Of a stretch of DNA of 58,278 bases, positions 31,301 through 39,516 are shown in pieces (the first letter of the stretch is position 1; the number at the start of each line of letters is the position of its first letter). Source of the stretch: Barthelona sp. PAP020. Lineage: Eukaryota. The notes under the pieces are model-generated. The model was not told the origin of the DNA and made no database searches. It saw nothing but the letters and a program-made list of their open reading frames with translations. The stretch covers positions 1 to 58,278 of the forward strand of contig JARQWU010000034.1 of assembly GCA_040182905.1 (NCBI GenBank), given 5' to 3'. Made by a program: the position numbers and the translations under genes.

Positions 31301-34300
31301 GGTATTAATATCAATGATTAGATCTTCTGCCACAAGTAAAACAGGCCAAGGATCTTCCAATTGATCTTTATTATTAATTGGCATGATAAACGGTACAAAT
31401 AGGTCTTTGGAATCCACAAATTCAGGATCAAATGATGGTACTTCGTGAGTGTACAACATGTCTAATGTGACGTCTGCAGATAAAGTAAAGTTTTGATCAA
31501 ATTCTAACTTACTTCCTCTACTTCCCACAAAAAAACTATCATTAACAATAGCAAAATTACTGTTGAATGAAATGTAACTATATTCAGTCATTACTTTATT
31601 ATTCAACGTAGTAAATGCAGTCAAAGAATTATTTGCCAAATCTAATGTAGCATAATAATCTAAACCTCCATAAGTCCATGATAATTGATCCAAAACGCTA
31701 ACTACGCCAGGGCCTTGAAAGAAACCACCATCAAAATTAAAATTATAGACATTGAACACCTCTAAACTATCAATTTTAATAAAACCAGAACTATCATTTG
31801 TGCAAGTCAAAGTAAGTTGGTCAATAGTAACATTTTCAAAGTTCTTAATGTACAAAGTACCAGCTAATACATTTACGTTAGCAAAATGATACGTGCTGTC
31901 ATTTTCATTAGCAGTAGACTTAACGTTATCAAAAACAATGATGCATTTAAATTCAGAAGTAATAGTCACTGAATTTGTATTCATTGTAGCACCAATGAAA
32001 TAATATTCACCTCCCAAAAAGGTAAAAGAAGGATCCATTTCAAACAGACCATAATAATTAATGATAACGTCAGAAGAATCAACAATGAAAGGAGTAGAAT
32101 AATTTGATTTCAAAACAGCGGTCGACTCAAATGTGTAAGTTCCACTTCCTAACAAAATTCCTTCTGAATTTTCAAAGAAAAAGAAACTTCCTTCAACAGT
32201 AACTTGATGCCCTAATATCAATAAACCAATCAAAGAAGCATTTAAATTTTCCTTAAATTTGATAATACCTTTTGTTTCAAATTGAACATCATTGGTTAGG
32301 TATAATTCACCATCAAAATATATCTTATGATTAGTGTTAGGACTGATTTGAAAGCCATTAAGGATTTTGGTGTTATTAAATAGTAAAACAGCAGCAGACG
32401 AAAAATTTAATTGTACTTTTGACTTGATAATTTCAAAACTTTGAAATGCAAGAGCTGAATACACTTTAGATATGATAAGCCCTTCAAATGTCCCATAATC
32501 TGCTTGTAAATATAAACGACCATTGTTATTGACATTATAATTGTATAGATTTGTGTCTAACAAAGTAATATTACCAGTTTTAATATCAAAGGTTGTCATG
32601 TAAATTGAGCAATTACTTGAATAAAAACTGCTAAAATACAAAGGTGTCAATGAGTAAAAAATGTTATCGAATAAATAACTTGTTTTTCCAGCTGAATATG
32701 TGTACAATTTTAATGAAGTTCTATTGACTATTTCAAATGCACCACTACGTATTGGCTCACTCACTATTACATCAGCAGAATAAAAAATATTTATTTGGGA
32801 ATGATTACTGAACAAGTAATTGAATGAGGGATAATTTATGTGATTCAAATTTAAAATAGTTTCATCGATATACGCTTCTTCAAAAAATGTGAGATTGAAA
32901 TGAACAAATGTTGCAGTAACTTCACTTGTGTAAAGATAACCAACATTCCAATCATATGTTCTAGTACCGTCAAAATAAAATAAGTTCATCTTATTGAGAA
33001 TCAAAGAATCCAATGACGATACTTTTGAAGTTGAAGAAAAATATATATCACCACAATTAAATTCAAGGGAAGCCCCCAACTTAATAATACCATCAACTTT
33101 TAAATGCGAAAACTTGTCATGATATAACTTGAAATTTAACTGTTTGTCGATTGTACAATTTTCATGAATAATAAACCCACCATAAATATCAACAGCACCA
33201 ATAATGTTAATGGGACCATACAAGTGATTGTCAACACCAGAAAAAATAAGGTCATCCAATAAAACAGATCCATAATAATCTTCAAAAGAATTGTATTCTG
33301 CAAATATCTTTATGCTTGAAGCAATATGTAATGTGGCTTCACTTGCGTCTAAAGTACCAAAAACACTTACCTTACCATGGACGTTAACATCGTATTGATA
33401 TTTGCCAGATATCTGGTTGTAAACCCGATTTTGATCATTTGTGGTCTTAAACACATTTTCATCTCTTACAACAGTACATGATGAGAAAGGACATTCACTC
33501 ATTCGATAGATGACATCAACATAACTGTTGGCATCCTCGAGATCCACATATAAATTGCCAAAGAACGAAGTTACATAATCATAATGAAGATTTGTTGAAG
33601 AATCATAAAGAGAAGTAATATGGTTTTTTGACAATGTGTAAGTTGGAAAGAAACTCTCAAACACATCTGTCCTAGACGATACCGAAACGTATGCAGTGAA
33701 TGGAGTGATGATAGTACGGAAACTTAACATCTTATCTTTTGAGACAATAACACGCCCTGTTTTCTCAACTAAAAATGTAGCATTTGGCAAAAAGTCAAAG
33801 ATCGTAAAGTCATCAATATACATATTGGTTTCCACAATAAGTTGCGAATTTTCTCCCAAGATAAAATTGGCTTGACTGATATTGAAGGGAGACCTCAATA
33901 TTATGGTAGAATCTCTGCCTAATATTGTACGATCATTATCTTCAAATAAATCAGTAACACCACTATTTAGATAAATGGTATTCTCTGAATCAATCTCCAA
34001 TTCTCTAATTAAAATAGTGCCTTGCCAATAAAATTCCCCAGTTATACTGACTGTAGCATCAACACCTTCAAATATACCACTAGTTAACAAAATTAAATCT
34101 TGGAAATTCAATTCAATGTCGTCAATCATTCGAAATATACCTTTGTTAGAAACAACCAGCCTGATAATTTCAAATGGAAAAGCTGGAATGTTGAATTCAA
34201 TCAATCCTCCTTCTATCCCTAAATATAATGGATAACCATCACGATTCTCCCAAAATGGTCTAATACCTTTATCAAAAGATATAATTCCACCAGTTACATT

Positions 34301-35275
34301 CATTTGAGGTATACTTGCACCATCAGTTTCTAAAAATGTCACACCAGTTTGAAAATTGACTGCACCACCCGAATTAACTTTGCAAATATATATTCCTTCA
34401 ATGGTGGTTTGAGAAGTAAATGAAATATTTCCAGATAATACTTGAAGATCTCCTAAAAGTTTAAAAAGTTCGGAAGCCACCTCAACAGTACTTTCAGTGT
34501 CAATAATAAGTTGACCATCCCCAATAAAAGACATGGCAACATCAAAATAAGTTGAACCTTTCAAAGTTAATTTTCCTTCACCGATAACGATAACCATAGC
34601 ATAAAATTCTGTTGCCTCGGCAAAAGTAGCTGTTCCTTTGATGTTAATAAGCACATACATATGAGAAAACGTACAATCAGTATAGAAAACACTACCTTCT
34701 TCAACTACCAACTGACCATACAATTTAATATCTGGAATAGTTGAAAACTCAACCCCTTCTAGTTTCTTTATTGTTAATGATGCTTGATCATTGACATGTA
34801 ATTTGTTTGATGAATCTATTTGCATAGAAGAAGCATCATACATGATGAATGAACATTCCCCAATAATTTCAGTAGTTCCTTTGGAAAGCTGCATTGAAGA
34901 TCTGAAAGGAATTTCAATATTGGCATTTTCTATGGTACCACTACCTTGAAATAACACTTGAGCACTTCCATCAAAAATAACTCCATAAATATGAAAGGCA
35001 TAAACTTGTAAATAAGCTCCAAATTCAAAATTAAGTGTTGGTGTATAACTATTTGATCCTAAAATAATTGACTTAATTTTCGAAACTTGATATATGTGAA
35101 CAATAGTGGTTGTATTAATTATTACATCATCTTCTACACCAGGAACTTTATTCTTATCCCAATTCGACGCATCACTATAATCTTCACTGGTTGCACCAGT
35201 CCATGTGATAGTTTCAGCATAACATATTCCATTAATCACTAATATTATCAACAAAAATAAATGAATTCCACCCAT
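25292..35275 (-). CDS. N-terminal 3327 aa of the same giant surface protein: signal peptide plus Phe/Tyr-rich beta-helix repeats; ends at a frame break
   Basis: Signal peptide MGGIHLFLLIILVINGICYA, then ITWTGATSEDYSDASNWDKNKVPGVEDDVIIN (the W-x-G...NW...VP...DDV-x-I cap seen in large beta-helical surface proteins). It has the same repeat type as the downstream ORF, no TM anchor, and overlaps that ORF in the +1 frame. Confidence 0.85.
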   Translation of the reverse strand: MGGIHLFLLIILVINGICYAETITWTGATSEDYSDASNWDKNKVPGVEDDVIINTTTIVHIYQVSKIKSIILGSNSYTPTLNFEFGAYLQVYAFHIYGVIFDGSAQVLFQGSGTIENANIEIPFRSSMQLSKGTTEIIGECSFIMYDASSMQIDSSNKLHVNDQASLTIKKLEGVEFSTIPDIKLYGQLVVEEGSVFYTDCTFSHMYVLINIKGTATFAEATEFYAMVIVIGEGKLTLKGSTYFDVAMSFIGDGQLIIDTESTVEVASELFKLLGDLQVLSGNISFTSQTTIEGIYICKVNSGGAVNFQTGVTFLETDGASIPQMNVTGGIISFDKGIRPFWENRDGYPLYLGIEGGLIEFNIPAFPFEIIRLVVSNKGIFRMIDDIELNFQDLILLTSGIFEGVDATVSITGEFYWQGTILIRELEIDSENTIYLNSGVTDLFEDNDRTILGRDSTIILRSPFNISQANFILGENSQLIVETNMYIDDFTIFDFLPNATFLVEKTGRVIVSKDKMLSFRTIITPFTAYVSVSSRTDVFESFFPTYTLSKNHITSLYDSSTNLHYDYVTSFFGNLYVDLEDANSYVDVIYRMSECPFSSCTVVRDENVFKTTNDQNRVYNQISGKYQYDVNVHGKVSVFGTLDASEATLHIASSIKIFAEYNSFEDYYGSVLLDDLIFSGVDNHLYGPINIIGAVDIYGGFIIHENCTIDKQLNFKLYHDKFSHLKVDGIIKLGASLEFNCGDIYFSSTSKVSSLDSLILNKMNLFYFDGTRTYDWNVGYLYTSEVTATFVHFNLTFFEEAYIDETILNLNHINYPSFNYLFSNHSQINIFYSADVIVSEPIRSGAFEIVNRTSLKLYTYSAGKTSYLFDNIFYSLTPLYFSSFYSSNCSIYMTTFDIKTGNITLLDTNLYNYNVNNNGRLYLQADYGTFEGLIISKVYSALAFQSFEIIKSKVQLNFSSAAVLLFNNTKILNGFQISPNTNHKIYFDGELYLTNDVQFETKGIIKFKENLNASLIGLLILGHQVTVEGSFFFFENSEGILLGSGTYTFESTAVLKSNYSTPFIVDSSDVIINYYGLFEMDPSFTFLGGEYYFIGATMNTNSVTITSEFKCIIVFDNVKSTANENDSTYHFANVNVLAGTLYIKNFENVTIDQLTLTCTNDSSGFIKIDSLEVFNVYNFNFDGGFFQGPGVVSVLDQLSWTYGGLDYYATLDLANNSLTAFTTLNNKVMTEYSYISFNSNFAIVNDSFFVGSRGSKLEFDQNFTLSADVTLDMLYTHEVPSFDPEFVDSKDLFVPFIMPINNKDQLEDPWPVLLVAEDLIIDINTTIQWNVSVGGRLIVKPGATLALGGPLILANDLILSDTTNGTELPSTVIIQGSAILLPECRIVGNGSIFTVRYPGYLRFQGSYELGNAFQSWGGTAHFLPGSTFNITEVTVYDGLTIFQSSPIDQIWVLERVSVFAGKVVFDGIQKPIVIQYLEIDGGDAEFSDMNYPVKINGLVMKSGELMFGPTDEPYEFTIFDLRGGMVTIDSGNDVTIQDLILSGDIQFICNDTIKVTGNFVFISGNITISTINVIEGAVSYFIGSNVQPMFFLGGILNIYGINYFHNGTLDLSNTVKLNVYGETYVLGHMNITSEVDYTFEEQIDALLEFYGSFTGISQIDYELTVNPMFNTLKYYNLFNNYTQSMILFDSSVFFNGKVNISKDFSFFTEKGVKFSNSLYLEGDIFFTNGYTNILKDFVSHGRVVCNGPAHVTFADAFFVESKTIELYECERFDCRDDHDWNIEIIKSVDSNLYLNKSSKSQKLGRESHIVRSLIMIERYVKNFYLEPVQGYNSTISFDSMQNVVFVSDDIFMNQSYAFDSIVNPLKIDKLTLNQSEFIVSNTQILFDYFVTFEANFTFEAQNSYFKTFYVLGYELPPYYNSINCLYNEDETTFTIDELYLNGSQIEGDWIQGNVKKFIWEGGAVSRGSYFHFTNGYSIGVEKMKMILSANTTVHVDESFEWLNGTYMVEAGFIHIAENANMTVLSDCLMYCNHPSHPMPYHNFLSSYYRGGIKNYGSLYINSNVTTDIAIENWSEFYLNANLQFNGEYTHGGVIYVEQNSFFKYKRSYVLILEGYTFNLPYSLQLTGLSKMDVYGNVNVTGIVEVIEASIEVFDNGRLLASELRLERAKVAFRNLNHDLLVHELCSNCSSLIIENSYALITHLNVSNYAITRVKFDSDKDVLFNTIDAKESLFVADNSPLRVNNFYGYFVGQGTSIKMLNHSELIYGYLILGTGFHIDNYGSMIYGDPSFQESFGIYWGGDNVVNNYNNLIYHDIGINFLDTNASRKSVPLYNNEGNTTFLMSSDWVIKFLPYYHCYNHTYIASGKVQFYEYSHALFWGDVVLGLDTYIGLIGSKVFMKFNESSTLSMLDDYYVDRPFITDQGQIYFNGLFDSSRNLIFDTPGTLEFWEQSRFDLTNITVKQSIVKFYANCEHNSTLNTDFDNIIVDSASLYIYGLCNLTINKIVVTNSYLYFSEGNNVTINYISINSASTFKFVGLDYIFINYLDASGNIFGNTIGTLYFHETVAHKKIFIEGVVDATFDFMQFDTNLTLSQANYVTFTTQPVLMYSTSLLMFVDIYSNISLPYDTIWDKGTLSLKYFDYSQKFGNFSLDGSTVYLLSNETVRLDTLFMIDGSIIGSDHLHIGDFYWYKGIINGIPINIDNYFIIRTTETHNLQYSQIYEFKHGIVEESCTFYGIHSELYQPDGSVFETWKQPYFKGTTMTFSSWNLINVTQGFSWEWKLFSYEAFEIKEKDMTFSGTCEFYGKLYHGESQKFIFKTAKSSIMPNCTFGPRSSRAIINDHIKSSSKGLHVYGRYELEKIEVYNQGYFYMYGNSTHEVLEVIVDDSLAYIDASNNTLDGTGILPEQFVTYPQCSGSSVLKFINMKNLLNFTNYDVSENCQLYFENPTDQKVELTPITMDTSGHILFYATYEVVFKNERLIMNHESSIITFRTENRVEIDVLQLYAGIITGTDHIYFNECYLYGGIIDTNIKLHCAYLMIDQTDPIVNLHINGAVYGDKVDVLRNTTLEVLGDLYLNTTNFDARTYFVGYGFVHILEEAFVNERVLFYCNNNFTESSVVTVAEGLNLHLGSGQYDGTILFSNTTKSEIYLVSQPAGSYSSKKYTKLLSYERGDNDYSISTNIYFSSTAKVIGSNATFHPYYNSKSVIEGVLWIDPLWVQSVDCSECSVYLVEATTNLNAAEISSGTLFFDRVNSFDGPILFTNVQTSGSGQFLMNEIQEELTLEILEIKGGINLFNSVADVANYDEVRVEKGYLVIETGQPQSSYNYR

Positions 35276-35576
35276 TTTAATATGGAATCAAAAAAAAAAT
35301 AATGAAATTTTCTATGTTATTATATCTCATTTTCCAACGAAATTGAAATCAAGCAAAATGAAACAATCAATTAATTTATGAATATTGACAAACAAATATA
35401 CAAATAAAACAAGAGAAAAAAATCCAAGAAAAAGAAAGAGAAATTTTTTTTGATGATATTTCAAAAAAGTGAAATTTTAAAAAAAGGAACAGAAACAAAA
35501 AAGATTTAATAAGAAGTAATTTATATTTATAAAAATCAAAAAAGAAAAAAAAAAATTTTCTTTTTTTTTAAATGGG

Positions 35577-38417
35577 TCATCTAACTTTAGATTTACCTTT
35601 TCTTGTTTCAATTGTTAAATTTATGGATGGTTGGGTTTTAAATCTATTTTTTGTTTTATTGTTTGGATTATTAAGCTGTGTATTTCGAATAAATCCTGTT
35701 GATTTCACTCGTTGATTCATAGACAAACCTAATGATAAATTATTAGACGATGGAGAAGATGTAAAAGGTGAACTAATGGATGAAGCGGATTTTACGGTCC
35801 GATTATTATGTTTGGTTGGTGTTAATTGAGAATTAGTTTTTGTTAGCCCTTGAATCAAAGCTTTTGTTGAGTCCATAATAGATTGAGGAGATGATGGTTC
35901 TGAAATCGAAGGTTGATCTGATGATAGTGATTTCATGGAAACCAAAGGAGAAGAAAGATCATCAATCAACAGATGTTGAGAAGGTGAATTTGCAATAGTT
36001 TCCTGCAAACTTTGCAAACTGGTGGATTTTTTCATCAATTTTAACTCTAATTCTCTAATAGTCTTGTCCGACTCAAGTTTTTTCAAAAAATTGAAATATT
36101 CAATGAAAAGTTTATGAAATATTGGATATTCTGTTTGTAAATCGTTAAAAAACCTATTCTTTTGAATTCCAATCAAATCATAAACGTCTGAAACTCTCAA
36201 AATGTTTTGAATGTTTGGCAATATATTAAATTTATATGTCATACCACTCAAAACAGCTTTAAATTCAAATAACATGTTTAAACCTTCTAAATATTCTGTA
36301 GCAAAAGTTTGAACGGTTGTATTAGAATGATTTGTCAAATTTACAAGTTTTCTTTTGAATTTTGATTGTAATACAACATCTGTTTCATCAAATACGTTAA
36401 GTATGATTAGAACAGGAAATAGATTTTGAAAACAAGCAATCATTACATCACCACTTTGGTTTGCATGAATGAGATCATTGATTGCTGTCAAAAAGTTAAC
36501 CTTAAAAAATTTGGTACTGAATAATTTGAAAACTTCTTGTGTAAAAAAAACAAAGTATTTTTCATGTTCATAAGTCATTGTTTTGATAATTTCACTGCAT
36601 AAAAAAATCAGCAGATTATAATTGTTAAGCGATTTTAGTATTTTCACTAAAATTCGTAAAACCAGCTTTTGATTTGGTACACTTAATACATCATCATGAT
36701 TCTTCAATAATTTCAAATAAAAGACATTGAAAAGTTTGGGGTAACAAAAATTTTGATCCAAAACATGTACTATTTGCAAAATGTTCTTTAAAAAAATCTC
36801 ATACAGTTTATCCTTTCTTTCAATTGTTTGTTCTAAAGTCAAAATCAAATCTTCAAACGATGAACGACTGGTGATTTGAGAATGTTTGTAGAATATTAAA
36901 AAACATTTGGAAAAGTCAGGGATGAGAAGATAGTGAGAAAATTTTATTTGTTCATGTGTATTTATTAATGTTTCTAACCATAATTGTTGAATAATTGAAG
37001 TTGTATATGTTTTGTGACAATTTTGAATTATATAATTCAAAACGTGTAAAGAGTGAATGAATATTTCTTTTTTAGAAGCGTCTGGCAAATGTTTTGTCAA
37101 ACTTTTGGCTGAAGTTTGAGAAATATTATAGAATTTTTGTAATAAGGAAGAAATTTCTTCTGGATTATCTTTTTTAAGCTCTAAGAAAAAAGGTAAGTTA
37201 AAGATGAACTGCAAATGAAATTTTGATGTGAAATTTGAACCTGCTATCAAATAAAATTGATAAAATTTGTTTGAATTTTCGAAATTTTCAGGCAGAACTT
37301 TGAAAAGTTTGCCAATTTTTTCAGTAAATATCATCTTAACTGCTAAATTGTTGTGTAATGCCAATAAATCACTATTGGTTTTGCTTAACAAAGAATCTAA
37401 TTCAATGATTTCAGCAATAGTATCTATAAATGCGAAATATATTGGCTTAGCTAAAATATAATTGTTTGCTTGTAAAATTTCAAAAACATTTAAAAAACAC
37501 TCTAGCAAACTCCTAAATTTAATCTCATCATTTTTAGCTTTTTGTAATTGATGGATCAAATATTTATTCAATTGTTCAAACATTTTAGTATTGTCAGAAA
37601 GAATTGAAAATAAAATCAAATTAACTGAATGATCAATAAAAACTGAAAAAACTTCAACATCATTCAATGAATGTTGTATAGAACAATAAAAACTCTCGTA
37701 GATATGAACAATTTCACTAGAGTCATAACATATCAATATTTGTAGTAGATAATCATACAATACAAAAGATAGCATCTTTAATGCATTTAAAAACAATGAA
37801 CCACTAAAACTTTCAATAATTGGCCACATAATTTCATATATCCAATGACAAAATTCTCGAGTTTCATTAGAAACGTGTTTAACTTCTCTATTCTTTAGAA
37901 AATATGATAAATCTTGCTCAAAACCAGTGAAAATATAAGTATTAAATAGATTAATAATTAGTTTCCCTCCTAATTCATATAACTTCTTGCTAGTAGCTTC
38001 AAACATTATGCTATCATTGTTACTGAATAATTTTAATTGCTTCAGTAAAGAAACAATGATTACATCTTTAACAAAATATTTAGAAAAAAAATTATTGTGA
38101 TTCTCAACACATTCATGAAAATGCTTACAAAATAATATATAATTGGAAGGTATCTTTAATAAATTAGAGCGTTCAAATAGTTCATGCCAAAAAGTTTCAC
38201 TTTGTTCAAATGTGTATATTTTCATCAATCTATTCAAACCATTTATTATTGCATGATTTCTTGGTTCAATAGGATCTTTTACAAATAATTCAACTCTTTC
38301 TAATTCAGTTAAATAATCTTCAATCATAAATTTTTCAATTTCTTCCGCGGATTTAAATCCAGTGGCACGTTTTTCATACATACCATCATCAGTATCAGTA
38401 TCATAAAAAAATTGCAT
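35577..38417 (-). CDS. PPP4R4: Protein phosphatase 4 regulatory subunit 4 (PP4R4)-like HEAT/ARM protein, 946 aa
   Basis: N-terminal KSAEEIEKFMIEDYLTELERVELF...AIINGLNRLM resembles PP4R4 KTPEEIERLTVDEDLSDIERAVYL...SVIANLPFLM. Helical-repeat body and a Ser-rich disordered tail. Confidence 0.65.
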   Translation of the reverse strand: MQFFYDTDTDDGMYEKRATGFKSAEEIEKFMIEDYLTELERVELFVKDPIEPRNHAIINGLNRLMKIYTFEQSETFWHELFERSNLLKIPSNYILFCKHFHECVENHNNFFSKYFVKDVIIVSLLKQLKLFSNNDSIMFEATSKKLYELGGKLIINLFNTYIFTGFEQDLSYFLKNREVKHVSNETREFCHWIYEIMWPIIESFSGSLFLNALKMLSFVLYDYLLQILICYDSSEIVHIYESFYCSIQHSLNDVEVFSVFIDHSVNLILFSILSDNTKMFEQLNKYLIHQLQKAKNDEIKFRSLLECFLNVFEILQANNYILAKPIYFAFIDTIAEIIELDSLLSKTNSDLLALHNNLAVKMIFTEKIGKLFKVLPENFENSNKFYQFYLIAGSNFTSKFHLQFIFNLPFFLELKKDNPEEISSLLQKFYNISQTSAKSLTKHLPDASKKEIFIHSLHVLNYIIQNCHKTYTTSIIQQLWLETLINTHEQIKFSHYLLIPDFSKCFLIFYKHSQITSRSSFEDLILTLEQTIERKDKLYEIFLKNILQIVHVLDQNFCYPKLFNVFYLKLLKNHDDVLSVPNQKLVLRILVKILKSLNNYNLLIFLCSEIIKTMTYEHEKYFVFFTQEVFKLFSTKFFKVNFLTAINDLIHANQSGDVMIACFQNLFPVLIILNVFDETDVVLQSKFKRKLVNLTNHSNTTVQTFATEYLEGLNMLFEFKAVLSGMTYKFNILPNIQNILRVSDVYDLIGIQKNRFFNDLQTEYPIFHKLFIEYFNFLKKLESDKTIRELELKLMKKSTSLQSLQETIANSPSQHLLIDDLSSPLVSMKSLSSDQPSISEPSSPQSIMDSTKALIQGLTKTNSQLTPTKHNNRTVKSASSISSPFTSSPSSNNLSLGLSMNQRVKSTGFIRNTQLNNPNNKTKNRFKTQPSINLTIETRKGKSKVR

Positions 38418-38797
38418 TGATTCTTCACTTAAATCACATGAAATTTTGAAAAAGAACTCTCTTTCTTTATTGCTATTTTATTCATACTTGGTTTTATTGA
38501 ATAAACTATTATGTTGATACAAGTTTTATTTAATTTATGTTTCAAAAACAAACAGAAAAAGGTTGAATAGCTTTTTTTTCATAAGAAATCAAAATTCCCT
38601 CTTTTATTAGTTTTTTAAATTCATCATAACCTCTTAGAAATTAATTGATTGTTAAAATAATATTAAAAAAATTACCACACATATTCTTTATCAAGGAAAA
38701 TAACTTTAACTTTGTTCAATATAATGAAAATAATAAATAATGTTCAATTTATGATAAAAATGGAAACAAAATTGATAACTAAGTTTAAACATATTGT

Positions 38798-39451
38798 CTA
38801 CAAAACAATATCAGTATCTAAACCAACTTTTACAATAAAATCAGATGGTTTATCTCCCAAACCATCACAAATCTGATTAATAGCTTCCATACAAGCTCTT
38901 TCTCTTGATTTCCCAAGCTTTCTTACGGTGTCAATTTTTTTAGCCATTGCATCTCTATCTTGCTGAGAAATAGGTTTTCTTATTTCTGATAAAGTGGAAA
39001 TTTTGCTTTGTAAATGAATAATTTTATCTTCATATGAAGCAATTTCTGCTAATAAATCATCATCTGTGGGATATTTAGTGATTTCTTTTAATTCTGCAGA
39101 CAAAACCTGAACTTCATTTGAAAGATCTTCTTGAATTTGCCTTTGTTCAGCTAATAATGCTTGTTTTTCCTGCAATAATTCAGGGGTTATATGACTAAAC
39201 TCATCTTGTGAACGATAATATACTTTATTCTTGCCAACCGTTTTTTCAATGATAGAATCATCATTTTCGGACAAATAAGTCAAAATTCTTTTCATTCCTG
39301 TAGCTTTTATATGCCCTTGCAATGCATCAATAATATTTGTGTTTGAAAGGGGTTTGTTTTGATCTTTAATATAATCAGCAACATGTTCACCTTGATGAAG
39401 CTCTAAATCATCCCTATTTTTAAAATTTTTTTCACAGATTGGACATTTCAT
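38798..39451 (-). CDS. HOP2: Hop2/TBPIP (meiotic Dmc1/Rad51 cofactor) with an extra N-terminal C2H2 zinc finger
   Basis: VADYIKDQNKP...IIEKTVGKNKVYYRSQDEF matches the Hop2 winged helix (YL..QNRPY...I.EK..GKQK(I/V)Y...QD.F). A coiled coil and C-terminal ...VGLDTD follow. The start is ATG 39451 (MKCPIC) or the upstream ATG at 39478. Confidence 0.9.
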   Translation of the reverse strand: MKCPICEKNFKNRDDLELHQGEHVADYIKDQNKPLSNTNIIDALQGHIKATGMKRILTYLSENDDSIIEKTVGKNKVYYRSQDEFSHITPELLQEKQALLAEQRQIQEDLSNEVQVLSAELKEITKYPTDDDLLAEIASYEDKIIHLQSKISTLSEIRKPISQQDRDAMAKKIDTVRKLGKSRERACMEAINQICDGLGDKPSDFIVKVGLDTDIVL

Positions 39452-39516
39452 TGGGAATAAACAGATGAGACAAAACATTTTTTTTTTTTAATTTCAAAGA
39501 ATTAATTACAATTCAC

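Noticed and set aside
489..38417. Functional clustering of two phosphatase regulators (STRIP1 and PP4R4)
   Set aside because: They are ~33 kb apart and belong to different complexes; nothing suggests more than coincidence.
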